DNA of 64,000 nucleotides, from contig JBHYGA010000005.1 of assembly GCA_051859245.1 (NCBI GenBank), positions 384,001 to 448,000 of the forward strand. The letters are read 5' to 3'. The DNA is from Gemmatimonadaceae bacterium. Its GTDB lineage: Bacteria > Gemmatimonadota > Gemmatimonadetes > Gemmatimonadales > Gemmatimonadaceae. Below are positions 41,410 to 50,095 of the stretch, piece by piece. The notes below the pieces were generated by a model. The model was given only the letters and a program-made list of their open reading frames with translations, had not been told where the DNA came from and searched no databases. A program made the position numbers and the translations under genes. How positions within the stretch are numbered: position 1 is the first letter of the stretch; every line of letters starts with the position of its first letter.

Positions 41410-41891
41410 CGAAAACGACAGTCGGTCAGATTGTAACGGCTCTCGTGGCCACGTTGTTTATCGTTGGCGCGTGGGTAAATCCACCTTCCGGTTTTCGCGA
41501 ACTATCCGCGAATCCATGCGTCGGCAGTCCAGACGCAAACACTCTTATGATTCGAGATGTCGCGAGAAGTTTTGTCACTCGCTCAGACTCAACAGATGTG
41601 GAGTGGAGAACAGAGTTCGGAGTGCAAACTTGGACTGCGGACAGTGTGGTGGCGACTGTCGATTCCGTCGTCTGCACACGCATTGACTCGTTGATCACGA
41701 GTTGGCTATTGTCGCCAGCTGGGGTTTCCTCAGGGGCGACTAAAGCTCCGTACTGGGGGCCACTGGTCGTGGTCCGCCTGAACCCAGGCAAGTACTACGC
41801 GTGGCCTTCATTTGTCGACAATGGCTGGGAGTACAATTTCATAGTCGATTCCGTCGGTGGTGACGTGCGATTCTTTAAGTCGCCCTGGTAG
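41394..41891 (+). CDS. Secreted/membrane-anchored hypothetical protein; putative immunity partner
   Basis: Overlaps the upstream gene; N-terminal hydrophobic helix; SANPC...DSVVC...VRFFKSPW. Confidence 0.65.
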   Translation: MQPTITKTTVGQIVTALVATLFIVGAWVNPPSGFRELSANPCVGSPDANTLMIRDVARSFVTRSDSTDVEWRTEFGVQTWTADSVVATVDSVVCTRIDSLITSWLLSPAGVSSGATKAPYWGPLVVVRLNPGKYYAWPSFVDNGWEYNFIVDSVGGDVRFFKSPW

Positions 41892-41919
41892 CAGCGCCGA
41901 TACACCAAGGTGTTTGTTC

Positions 41920-42217
41920 ATGACCAGAATTCGGCTGTTGTTGACGCTCGGCTTTGCCATGCTGATTGGATCGCTCTCACTGAGCAGTAGCTGGTCGGCG
42001 TACGAAAGTTCGGCAAACCCATGCGCGGGACTTCTGAACGGGAACTTTGAGCTGGCGACTTCCCGATCGCAGAGCTTAGCAGTCGATCCGGATTCTGGTT
42101 ATGCAGATATGCGAACTCGGTACAACTTGTTGTAGTGGCCCGAAGTCGGCCGTCACCGCCACGCGGGACTCGGTAGTGTGCAGCGGAAACGTACGTTTTT
42201 TACGAACGCCCGGTTAG
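41920..42217 (+). pseudogene. Decayed paralogue of 41394..41891
   Basis: Signal peptide and SANPC; TAG at 42133; after a +1 frameshift reads AVTATRDSVVC-SGNVRFLRTPG*, matching the paralogue with an internal deletion. Confidence 0.7.
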
Positions 42218-42302
42218 CGAGATCGACTTGACTGCGCCAATCGGTCGGATGAGTTAAAAGTCACGCTCGCGTCCGGCGACCCAAAGCGCTATCGTGGTCG
42301 GT

Positions 42303-43595
42303 ATGAACACCCGCGCCACTCTCGCGCAAACGCTCGTACGAACGATCGGTTTGGCGGCCCTGATTCTCATGCCGGCGACAGCTTCCTCGCAGCCTGTCGC
42401 GGACGTACGCCTGCGCGTCTTTCTCGACTGCCCGAGCGGTGGCTGCGATCGCAACTTTATCGTCAACGAACATCCGTACGCGATCTGGACGCAGGATCGC
42501 CTCGATGCCGACATTCACTTGCTCATCACGCGCCTCACCACTGGTGCGGGCGGCAACGCATACACGCTGCAGTTCATCGCCCAGCGCCGATTGTCGGCCG
42601 ATGTTGATACGCTTGAAGTCAGCGTTCCGCCGAACGTGAGCGATGACATGGAGCGTCGCGCGCTCGCGCGCACGATCAACATAGGCCTCGCGGCAAACGC
42701 AGCACGATTTGTTGGCGCAGACCAGTTCACCGTCGCGTACGCACCGCCGGAATCCGCGGAAGCCGAGGCCTCTGCGGAACTGTCAGACAAGTGGAATTTG
42801 TGGGTCTATCGGTTTCGGCTCAGTGGCGACGGCAACGCCGAAAGTCGCGCCAGCGAATACGAACTCTCCGGCGAGTTCAGCGCCACGCGCGTGACGGAAG
42901 ACTGGAAGTTGACGTTCGACGGAGAAAACGAATACGAAGCCGAGCAGTTCACGCTGCGTGATGGCACCGAACGTGAGTTTGTGTTGCGCAGCGCCGATGT
43001 AAACGCGCGCGCGGTGAAGAGCCTCACACAACACTGGTCCGTAGGCACACAACTCGGCGGTGGCTTGTCGGAGTTCAACAATCAGGATGCGTCGGCCAAG
43101 TTTGATGTGTCGGCCGAGTACAACGTGTTCCCGTGGTCGGAAGCCACAAGCCGACAGTTGATTGCGCTTGTCGCACTCGGCGGTCGCTACTACGACTACC
43201 GCGAGATCACACTGTTCGATCGGACAAGCGAGCTTCGTCCGGTGGCGCAGGCCGTTGTGGCCGGTGAGTCGCGTCTCGCCTGGGGCACCGTTGATGGATC
43301 GCTGCGCTACACGCAGTTCCTGCACGACCTTGAGCGCTACAATCTGTCGTTTTACGCGCGCAGTGAGTTTCGCCTGACACGCGGTTTGTCACTCGATATC
43401 AGCGCGGAAGCGGCCAAGGTGCAGGATCAGTTGTATCTGCCGCGCGGCGAAGCGAGCAACGATGAAGTGCTCACGCGCCAGCGGGCACTTGCCACGGCGT
43501 ATCGACTCAGCGCATCAGTTGGCGTGAGCTTCACCTTTGGCTCGATCTACAACACGATTGTCAATCCGCGATTGAACGAGCTGGGGAATAACTGA
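42303..43595 (+). CDS. Hypothetical outer-membrane beta-barrel protein
   Basis: Signal peptide; VFLDC...CD; amphipathic strands; FGSIYNTIVNPR end. Confidence 0.75.
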   Translation: MNTRATLAQTLVRTIGLAALILMPATASSQPVADVRLRVFLDCPSGGCDRNFIVNEHPYAIWTQDRLDADIHLLITRLTTGAGGNAYTLQFIAQRRLSADVDTLEVSVPPNVSDDMERRALARTINIGLAANAARFVGADQFTVAYAPPESAEAEASAELSDKWNLWVYRFRLSGDGNAESRASEYELSGEFSATRVTEDWKLTFDGENEYEAEQFTLRDGTEREFVLRSADVNARAVKSLTQHWSVGTQLGGGLSEFNNQDASAKFDVSAEYNVFPWSEATSRQLIALVALGGRYYDYREITLFDRTSELRPVAQAVVAGESRLAWGTVDGSLRYTQFLHDLERYNLSFYARSEFRLTRGLSLDISAEAAKVQDQLYLPRGEASNDEVLTRQRALATAYRLSASVGVSFTFGSIYNTIVNPRLNELGNN

Positions 43596-43767
43596 CAGCA
43601 GGCGCGAAAGTTTGCGCCATCGCCCTTATGTCGTAATGGTCGGTTTGCGCTTCGCAACCTATTGATTCCGCGCGACACATTCCGGTGCTCGTCGCAGGCA
43701 GCAGCGAGCCCATCATTCCCCTGAGAATCACCGAGGTGGCGCGTGGGGGAACGTCCACACGAAAGGA

Positions 43768-43796
43768 TTGACATTTGTATGGACAAATGCGAGAAT
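43768..43796 (+). promoter_or_regulatory. Promoter with embedded palindromic operator of the TA module
   Basis: TTGACA-N17-GAGAAT; CATTTGT-ATGG-ACAAATG palindrome at 43772-43789. Confidence 0.7.
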
Positions 43797-43898
43797 GAGT
43801 ATAGGCGCGTTTTCATTCGTCCGATCAGCGCCCGTTACATGCATCAACGAGAGGTAGATGCGTATACCACGCAAAAAGATCCCGACGTTCAAGACTGA
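43795..43898 (+). pseudogene. BrnT-type toxin remnant (mostly deleted)
   Basis: 43815-43898 translates IRPISARYMHQREVDAY...*, a typical BrnT C-terminus, overlapping the antitoxin start. Confidence 0.7.
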
Positions 43899-44136
43899 TC
43901 GTGATGCTGAAGATTTCGTCGCCTCGGCCGACCTCTCCGAGTTCGATCTGTCGGGCTTTCGGCCGGTTCGTTTTGAGTACGAGGCGAAGGGCGCGAAAGT
44001 GAACATGAGGTTGCCCGAATCACTGCTTGCTGCGGTCAAACACCGGGCAACGCTGCTCGGCATCCCGTATCAGCGATTTATTCGAGATGTACTGGAGCGC
44101 GCGGTTACTTCGACACCACCCACCAAGCAGCGCTAA
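43858..44136 (+). CDS. BrnA/CopG-like ribbon-helix-helix antitoxin
   Basis: PTFKTD..AEDF...DLSEFD; VNMRLP..LL..VK..A...GIPYQRFIR..LE. Confidence 0.85.
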   Translation: MRIPRKKIPTFKTDRDAEDFVASADLSEFDLSGFRPVRFEYEAKGAKVNMRLPESLLAAVKHRATLLGIPYQRFIRDVLERAVTSTPPTKQR

Positions 44137-44150
44137 GCACAGACTGACGT

Positions 44151-45338
44151 CTACGCTTGCTCCACAATCCGGTCAATCAGGAAGCGCGACTGCTCAAGCG
44201 CCTCACCGGTAAACTCGCCAAAGTACGCGCGCACGTCCTCGAACACCGCGTCAAACTTCGCCTGATCGCCCTCGGCGAGAATGCGCGTGAGATCTTCCGT
44301 CGCAGACTGAAACGCCGCCGTCACGTCTGCCGTGCGCGGGTTCAGCATTTCGATCGGACCGTACAGCACCGACGACTGCGCGAAGTGCCGAGCGGCTACG
44401 TACAACTCTAGTAAATACGCGGGCGAGGTGTACGGACGTGTCTCCGCGATCGGAATGCCGAGGCGCGCGAGCGTGAGACCGAACACCTGTGTCTGAAAGT
44501 GCGTGAGTACCTGCACCACACTCATCGCGGTGTCGTGCTGCTCGGCCGTTGCCTCGGCCACGATCAAACCACGCGACGCAAACGCGTGTTGCACCCAGTC
44601 GTACCACGCGTCGCCACGACCGCGGCACAGCACCACACGTTGACCCTGTAGTGTGTGCACGCCAGGCCCAAACATCGGGTGCGTGCCTACAACGCTCGCG
44701 CGCGTGTGCGCCAGCATGGCCGCAACCGGTGCACTCTTGATGCTGGTCACGTCCATCAGCAATGCATCATCGTGCATATGCGGACCGATCTCGGCAATCA
44801 CCTGTTCGGTCACACCGATTGGCACGCAGATAATCACGACGTCGGACATCTGCGCTGCCGCCGTGGCAGTGAGCGTGGTGTCTAGGTCCACCGCCAACAC
44901 GTTGTGTCCCAGGTCGCCGAATAAACGCACCAGCAACTGACCAAACTCGCCGCGCGCACCAATCACTGACACCGTGCGTACGACCTGATCGACAGGGACT
45001 TCGGCACGCAGTGCGGACTGATGATCGCGACTGGCGCGCAGCAATACGCGAAAAATGGATTCGATCTCGTCGCGCGGCAGCCCGAGTCGGTGCGCACGTT
45101 CCGCGCGATCGGCCAGTACCGATTGTTCGCGCGTTGCATCGCGCACCTTGAGCCCGTGCAGTCGCTTGTACGCCGCCACTTCACTCACGAGTGACATGCG
45201 GCGGCTGAGGAGCTGCAACAGTTCGCGGTCCAGCGCGTCGATCATCGCGCGTACAACGGGGAGCGGACGCGGTGGTGCGTCGCCCGTGAGATCGCTCGTG
45301 TCGGGTGAGGACGTGCTTGCCGAGTCGTGAGTACTCAC
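44151..45338 (-). CDS. tyrA: Bifunctional chorismate mutase / prephenate dehydrogenase
   Basis: R..ID..D..LL.LL..R CM domain; IGARG, DVTSIK, HPMFGP, HD..M..VQ.LTH. Confidence 0.9.
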   Translation of the reverse strand: MSTHDSASTSSPDTSDLTGDAPPRPLPVVRAMIDALDRELLQLLSRRMSLVSEVAAYKRLHGLKVRDATREQSVLADRAERAHRLGLPRDEIESIFRVLLRASRDHQSALRAEVPVDQVVRTVSVIGARGEFGQLLVRLFGDLGHNVLAVDLDTTLTATAAAQMSDVVIICVPIGVTEQVIAEIGPHMHDDALLMDVTSIKSAPVAAMLAHTRASVVGTHPMFGPGVHTLQGQRVVLCRGRGDAWYDWVQHAFASRGLIVAEATAEQHDTAMSVVQVLTHFQTQVFGLTLARLGIPIAETRPYTSPAYLLELYVAARHFAQSSVLYGPIEMLNPRTADVTAAFQSATEDLTRILAEGDQAKFDAVFEDVRAYFGEFTGEALEQSRFLIDRIVEQA

Positions 45339-46438
45339 GCCGCCATCACAGGCAACGCACCACGACCCGCGCGTGTGATCACGCCGCCGCCGAGCACGAC
45401 GTCGCCGTCGTAGAGCACCAACGACTGGCCGGGTGCAACGCCTTGCACGGACTCAGACAGCACCACTTCAATCGACTCATTGTCCGCGCGCAGCACAGTG
45501 CTCGGCACAATCGCGCCGCGATGCCGCACCTGCACCTGCACCAACGCACCTTCCGCTGGCTGCGGGGCAAGCCAGTTGATCTGATGCGCAGACACACGAT
45601 TCCGCGCCAACGACGAACGCGGGCCTACCACCACCTCACGCGTCGCAGCGCGAATCTCGGTGACAAACCACGGTTCACTCACGCCACCAGGTAAACCTTT
45701 GCGCTGTCCGATGGTGAAGCGCGCAAAGCCCTGATGCTCACCCAGTACACGACCATCTTCGGTGACAATGCGTCCCGGAGAGAGCGCTGCTGCATCGGGT
45801 GGCAGATGCTGCTTGAGAATCTCAATGTGATCACCCTGCGGCACAAAACAGATGTCCATGCTCTCGGGCTTGTTCGCCGTGCGCAATCCAAAGCGCCGCG
45901 CGGCTGCACGCGTTTCATCCTTGGTCCAGTCACCAACTGGCAACAGCAATCGACTCAGCACCGGCTGCGGCATGCCCCACAAGAAATAACTCTGGTCTTT
46001 GGCGGCATCGCGACCGCGCAGCAACACGCGACCGTGCGGCGTGTCTGCCAATCGTCCGTAATGACCGGTGGCAATCCACTGCGCATCAATGGCATCGGCC
46101 TTCACCACGAGATCGCGGAACTTGGTGAAGGTGTTGCAGCGCACGCACGGGATTGGTGTGCGACCCGCGGCGTACTCGCTCACAAAATCGTTGAACACAT
46201 CGCGCGTGAACACGTCAACGAGATTCAGCACGTAGTGCGGCACACCCAACTGCTCGCACACTCGGCGTGCATCGCTCGTGGCATCGAGCGAGCAGCACGG
46301 CTTGTCGGGCAACTCGGCGCCGTCTTCGTGCAGCTTCATGGTCACGCCAACCACGTCGTACCCCTGCTCGAGGAGCACGGCGGCCGCCACTGAAGAATCC
46401 ACGCCGCCTGACATCGCGACCACGACACGCTCACGCAT
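45335..46438 (-). CDS. mnmA: tRNA 2-thiouridylase MnmA
   Basis: AMSGGVDSS, TP.PC..CN, ATGHY, KDQSYFL, TIGQRKG, PGQ. Confidence 0.95.
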   Translation of the reverse strand: MRERVVVAMSGGVDSSVAAAVLLEQGYDVVGVTMKLHEDGAELPDKPCCSLDATSDARRVCEQLGVPHYVLNLVDVFTRDVFNDFVSEYAAGRTPIPCVRCNTFTKFRDLVVKADAIDAQWIATGHYGRLADTPHGRVLLRGRDAAKDQSYFLWGMPQPVLSRLLLPVGDWTKDETRAAARRFGLRTANKPESMDICFVPQGDHIEILKQHLPPDAAALSPGRIVTEDGRVLGEHQGFARFTIGQRKGLPGGVSEPWFVTEIRAATREVVVGPRSSLARNRVSAHQINWLAPQPAEGALVQVQVRHRGAIVPSTVLRADNESIEVVLSESVQGVAPGQSLVLYDGDVVLGGGVITRAGRGALPVMAA

Positions 46439-46440
46439 CA

Positions 46441-47601
46441 CTAAACCGTGGCGAACCCGCGCGACTTGCGCGCCAGCGTGATGAGTACGTCGGCGGCGCG
46501 ATCCACGTTCTCTTCGGTGCTGAGCGCGCCAAATGAGAGGCGCAGTGCGCCGCTTGCGACTTCTGGTGCCACGTGCATGGCCTGCAACACGTGCGACATG
46601 CCCACGCTGCCGCTCTGACATGCGGAACCACCAGACGCCTGAATGCCGCGTAGGTCGAGTGCCATGAGCAACGTTTCTGCGTCGGTGCCGGGAATGCTCA
46701 GGTTCGTCACGTGTGGTGCACGCGGCGCATTGGCGCCCTGAATTACCACATCGGGGAGCGCGTCACGTACGCGTGCTTCCAGTCGCTCGCGCAACGCGAG
46801 CAAATGCGCCACGTCGGCTTCGCGCTCTTTCACCGCCAGCTCGCACGCCACGGCGAGGCCAATGGCGTACGGTACATTCTCGGTTCCGGCACGACGTCCG
46901 CGATCCTGACTACCGCCGTGCAACATGGGTTCGAGCTGCACGCCGCGACGAATGAACAGCGCACCAATGCCCTTAGGCGCGCCAATCTTGTGTCCGCTGA
47001 GCGTGAGCAGATCCACTGGCAACGAGCGCATGTCAAAGGCAATCTTGCCAAACGCCTGAACGGCATCGGTGTGCATCAGCGCGCCAGCGGCTTTGGCGAC
47101 GTTGGTGAGCGCGGGAATGTCCTGCACCACGCCGATCTCGTTGTTCACCCACATCACGCTGGCCACGGCGAGCGATGCATCGCAGGACCGCGTGAACGCT
47201 TCCATGTCGACGATGCCGTCGCGCGACACCGAGGCAAAGCGTTCTTCACCGCCTTCGCGCACGACCTGATGACAGGCGGCCAGGACGGCCTTGTGCTCAA
47301 TGGGCGTGGAGAGCACGGCGTTGCGGCCAGACGCGCGCGCGGCACGCCACGCGCCGATAACGGCAAAGTTGTCGCCCTCGGTGCCACACGAGGTAAAACA
47401 GACCTCGTCGGGGTGCGCACCCAGAGTGGCGGCGACGCGCTCGCGCGCTTCATCGAGTGCCACGCGCGCTTCCCGCCCCAGCCGGTGCACGCTGGACGGA
47501 TTGCCAAAGCGCGTCGAGAACCACGGCATCATGGCGTCGAGCACTTCGCTTCGCACGGGCGTCGTAGCCGCGTGGTCGAGATACACGGGGGAGTGGCTCA
47601 T
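46441..47601 (-). CDS. iscS: Cysteine desulfurase (IscS/NifS type)
   Basis: YLDHAATTP, NPSS.H, HTDAVQ, SGHKIGAPKG, GSAC. Confidence 0.92.
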   Translation of the reverse strand: MSHSPVYLDHAATTPVRSEVLDAMMPWFSTRFGNPSSVHRLGREARVALDEARERVAATLGAHPDEVCFTSCGTEGDNFAVIGAWRAARASGRNAVLSTPIEHKAVLAACHQVVREGGEERFASVSRDGIVDMEAFTRSCDASLAVASVMWVNNEIGVVQDIPALTNVAKAAGALMHTDAVQAFGKIAFDMRSLPVDLLTLSGHKIGAPKGIGALFIRRGVQLEPMLHGGSQDRGRRAGTENVPYAIGLAVACELAVKEREADVAHLLALRERLEARVRDALPDVVIQGANAPRAPHVTNLSIPGTDAETLLMALDLRGIQASGGSACQSGSVGMSHVLQAMHVAPEVASGALRLSFGALSTEENVDRAADVLITLARKSRGFATV

Positions 47602-47728
47602 CCTGATTAAATTATCCGGTGTCGGGGCGTGTGCCTACCTCGGGCGGCAGGTTCCTCCTCCGATTCTGCGCATGAGTGGGCCCGCAGCCGTCATCGCTGG
47701 TCCAGCGCTGTCTCCCTCCGACTTTTGC

Positions 47729-48835
47729 ATGTTCACCACCTGCTACGTCTGCGCCGCACTGCTGGAGCGCAATCAGGTCCTCGAGGAGATGCCGGTGGGG
47801 CGCCGTCTGGCGTTCAACCAGCGCACGGGGCGCCTGTGGGTGGTCTGCCGTCAGTGTGAGCGGTGGAACCTGTCGCCGCTCGAAGAACGCTGGGAGGCGA
47901 TTGAGGCCTGCGAACGCCTGTTTCGTGATACGCGGCTGCGTGTGAGCACGGACAACATTGGTCTGGCGCGCGTGCGCGGCGGGCTGGATCTGGTGCGCAT
48001 TGGGGAACCGCAGCGTCCGGAGTTTGCGGGGTGGCGGTATGGCGATCAGTTCGGGCGGCGGCGCAAGCGGAACGCAGTGGTCGCGGGCGCGGCGGTTGGT
48101 GCCACTGGACTGGCATTTGTGGGCGGAGCAGCCGTTGGCCTCTTTACCGTGGGCACCACATTTCAGCTGTATCTGCACCGTCAGCGGCTTACCGACTATC
48201 TGATGTTTGGTTCGTCAACCGCGATTGTTGCACGATTCACGGACGCCGAGGGGAAGCTGCGTTTTGTAGAGCGAGGTCAGGCGCGTTCTGCAGCGCTTGT
48301 GCGTGCGAGCAGCGAATCAGACGCATTCAGTTTGCACGTACCGCACACACGAGGCATTGCGATTGTGGAAGGCGCAGACGCCGTTCGGCTCGCCCACACG
48401 ATTCTTCCAGTGGTGAACAAGTTTGGTGGCACTGCGGCCGTGGTGCAGGACGCTGTGCGCGTTGTAGAGGACGCGGGCAGCGCCGACGAAGCGCTGCGCT
48501 ACATCGCACGATCACGAGGACGTTCGCGAGAACAGCGTGAGCAAAAGTTTGCCGCGATTGTCGAGAAAGACATGGGGCAATCGCCACCATTCGCACTGCG
48601 CGGACTGCCGGTAGCGATTCGCCTCGCCCTCGAAATGTCGCTGCACGAAGACGCTGAACGGCGCGCAATGGACGGTGAGCTGGCGCAACTCGAAGCCGCC
48701 TGGCGCAACGCGGAGGAACTTGCGGGCATTGCGGATTCGCTGGTGGAACCCGAACAGCTGCAGTCACGTATCGAGACACTGCGACGCGCGACTTCGCATA
48801 ATGCAGCAATGAACACATCGGGCGACACAGCATGA
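47729..48835 (+). CDS. Hypothetical protein with N-terminal CxxC...CxxC zinc ribbon and TM segment
   Basis: MFTTCYVC...RLWVVCRQCERWNL; paralogue of the next gene. Confidence 0.8.
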   Translation: MFTTCYVCAALLERNQVLEEMPVGRRLAFNQRTGRLWVVCRQCERWNLSPLEERWEAIEACERLFRDTRLRVSTDNIGLARVRGGLDLVRIGEPQRPEFAGWRYGDQFGRRRKRNAVVAGAAVGATGLAFVGGAAVGLFTVGTTFQLYLHRQRLTDYLMFGSSTAIVARFTDAEGKLRFVERGQARSAALVRASSESDAFSLHVPHTRGIAIVEGADAVRLAHTILPVVNKFGGTAAVVQDAVRVVEDAGSADEALRYIARSRGRSREQREQKFAAIVEKDMGQSPPFALRGLPVAIRLALEMSLHEDAERRAMDGELAQLEAAWRNAEELAGIADSLVEPEQLQSRIETLRRATSHNAAMNTSGDTA

Positions 48836-49935
48836 CGGTACCGGCACACACAGACTCCATGTACACGCACTGTGTGCATTGCAACGCGTCACTCGGCAAG
48901 AACGACGTGCTCGAAGCGTTTCCCGTGGGCGAACGCGTGGCGTTTGACGAGAACAAAGGCCGGTTGTGGGTGGTGTGTCGCAAGTGCGAACGCTGGAACC
49001 TCGCGCCGTTCGAATCGCGATGGGAAGCGATTGAGCAGGCCGAGCGCGCGTATCGCAGCACCAACGTTCGCATGGCCACGGACAACATCGGGCTCGCCAA
49101 ATGGCGTGATGGCACCACACTCGTGCGTGTTGGGCGCCCACTGCGTCCGGAGTTTGCCGCGTGGCGGTACGGTGATCAGTTCGGGCGACGTCGCCGGCGC
49201 ACAGTGATCGGCGCCTCCGTGCTCGCGGCCGGTGGAGTGGCCGTAGTGAGCGGCGCGGTGGCCTCAGGCGTTGGCCTGGTAGCACTGCTGCCAATCGTGC
49301 ACGCGGTGAACATGGTGACGCTGCTTCGCAACCAACGCGCGGGCTTCACGCCACTCGCGCACCCCGACGGTGATTATTTCCTGCCGTTTGGCGTACCGAA
49401 GTTGATTGCCGGAACGCGCGGTGCGAATGACTGGGCGATCGAGATCGGATGGGTGCGCCGCATGCAGGAGCCACGCATGACCCTCAAGTCGTGGTTTGGC
49501 AACGGTCAGAACTCCGAACAGGGACGCGTGGTGCTTACGGACGCGCTGGCGCGTGATGCGTTGTCAAAGTTGCTGCTGCGCGTGAACTCGGGCGGTGCTT
49601 CAAGTGCACGCGTGCAAGACGCCGTCAGCATGATTGAAAACGCGGGTGGCCCCGACCAGATGATGTCGTGGGCCGTCACCCAGCGTAATGTGTGGGGCGC
49701 CAAACAATACTTCGGCGACACGGGCGATCTGCAATACATCCCAACCGAAGCGCGTCTCGCGATTGAAATGTCGGTGCATGAAGAACGCGAGCGGCTCGCG
49801 CTCCTCGGCGAACTCGCCGAACTCGAACGCGCGTGGATGGACGCCGAGCGTATCGCCAACATTTCCGACAACCTGCTGGTCGATCCCATCACTCAAAACA
49901 CGTTCGAAACAATGCGAGACCAGCACCGCGACTAA
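48832..49935 (+). CDS. Hypothetical protein with zinc ribbon and TM segment (tandem paralogue)
   Basis: MYTHCVHC...RLWVVCRKCERWNL; shared WRYGDQFGRRR and RLA.EMS.HE. Confidence 0.8.
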   Translation: MTVPAHTDSMYTHCVHCNASLGKNDVLEAFPVGERVAFDENKGRLWVVCRKCERWNLAPFESRWEAIEQAERAYRSTNVRMATDNIGLAKWRDGTTLVRVGRPLRPEFAAWRYGDQFGRRRRRTVIGASVLAAGGVAVVSGAVASGVGLVALLPIVHAVNMVTLLRNQRAGFTPLAHPDGDYFLPFGVPKLIAGTRGANDWAIEIGWVRRMQEPRMTLKSWFGNGQNSEQGRVVLTDALARDALSKLLLRVNSGGASSARVQDAVSMIENAGGPDQMMSWAVTQRNVWGAKQYFGDTGDLQYIPTEARLAIEMSVHEERERLALLGELAELERAWMDAERIANISDNLLVDPITQNTFETMRDQHRD

Positions 49936-49938
49936 TCA

Positions 49939-50086
49939 GTTTTCGTGTCCTTCGTGCTTTCGTGTCCTTCCCGCCGCAGTTCCCCCAGCATTAGGCGCAT
50001 CTAGCGTTGAAGCATTCATGCTCCGGCCGGCAAGGGAACTGCGGCGGGAAGGACACGAAAGCACGAAGGACACGAAGAAGGGCAAC
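49939..50086. repeat. Orphan copy of repeat family A, arms back-to-back
   Basis: 49939-49999 matches 30118-30178 with one mismatch; 50034-50086 closely matches 30003-30055. Confidence 0.9.
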
Positions 50087-50095
50087 TGCGAAAAA

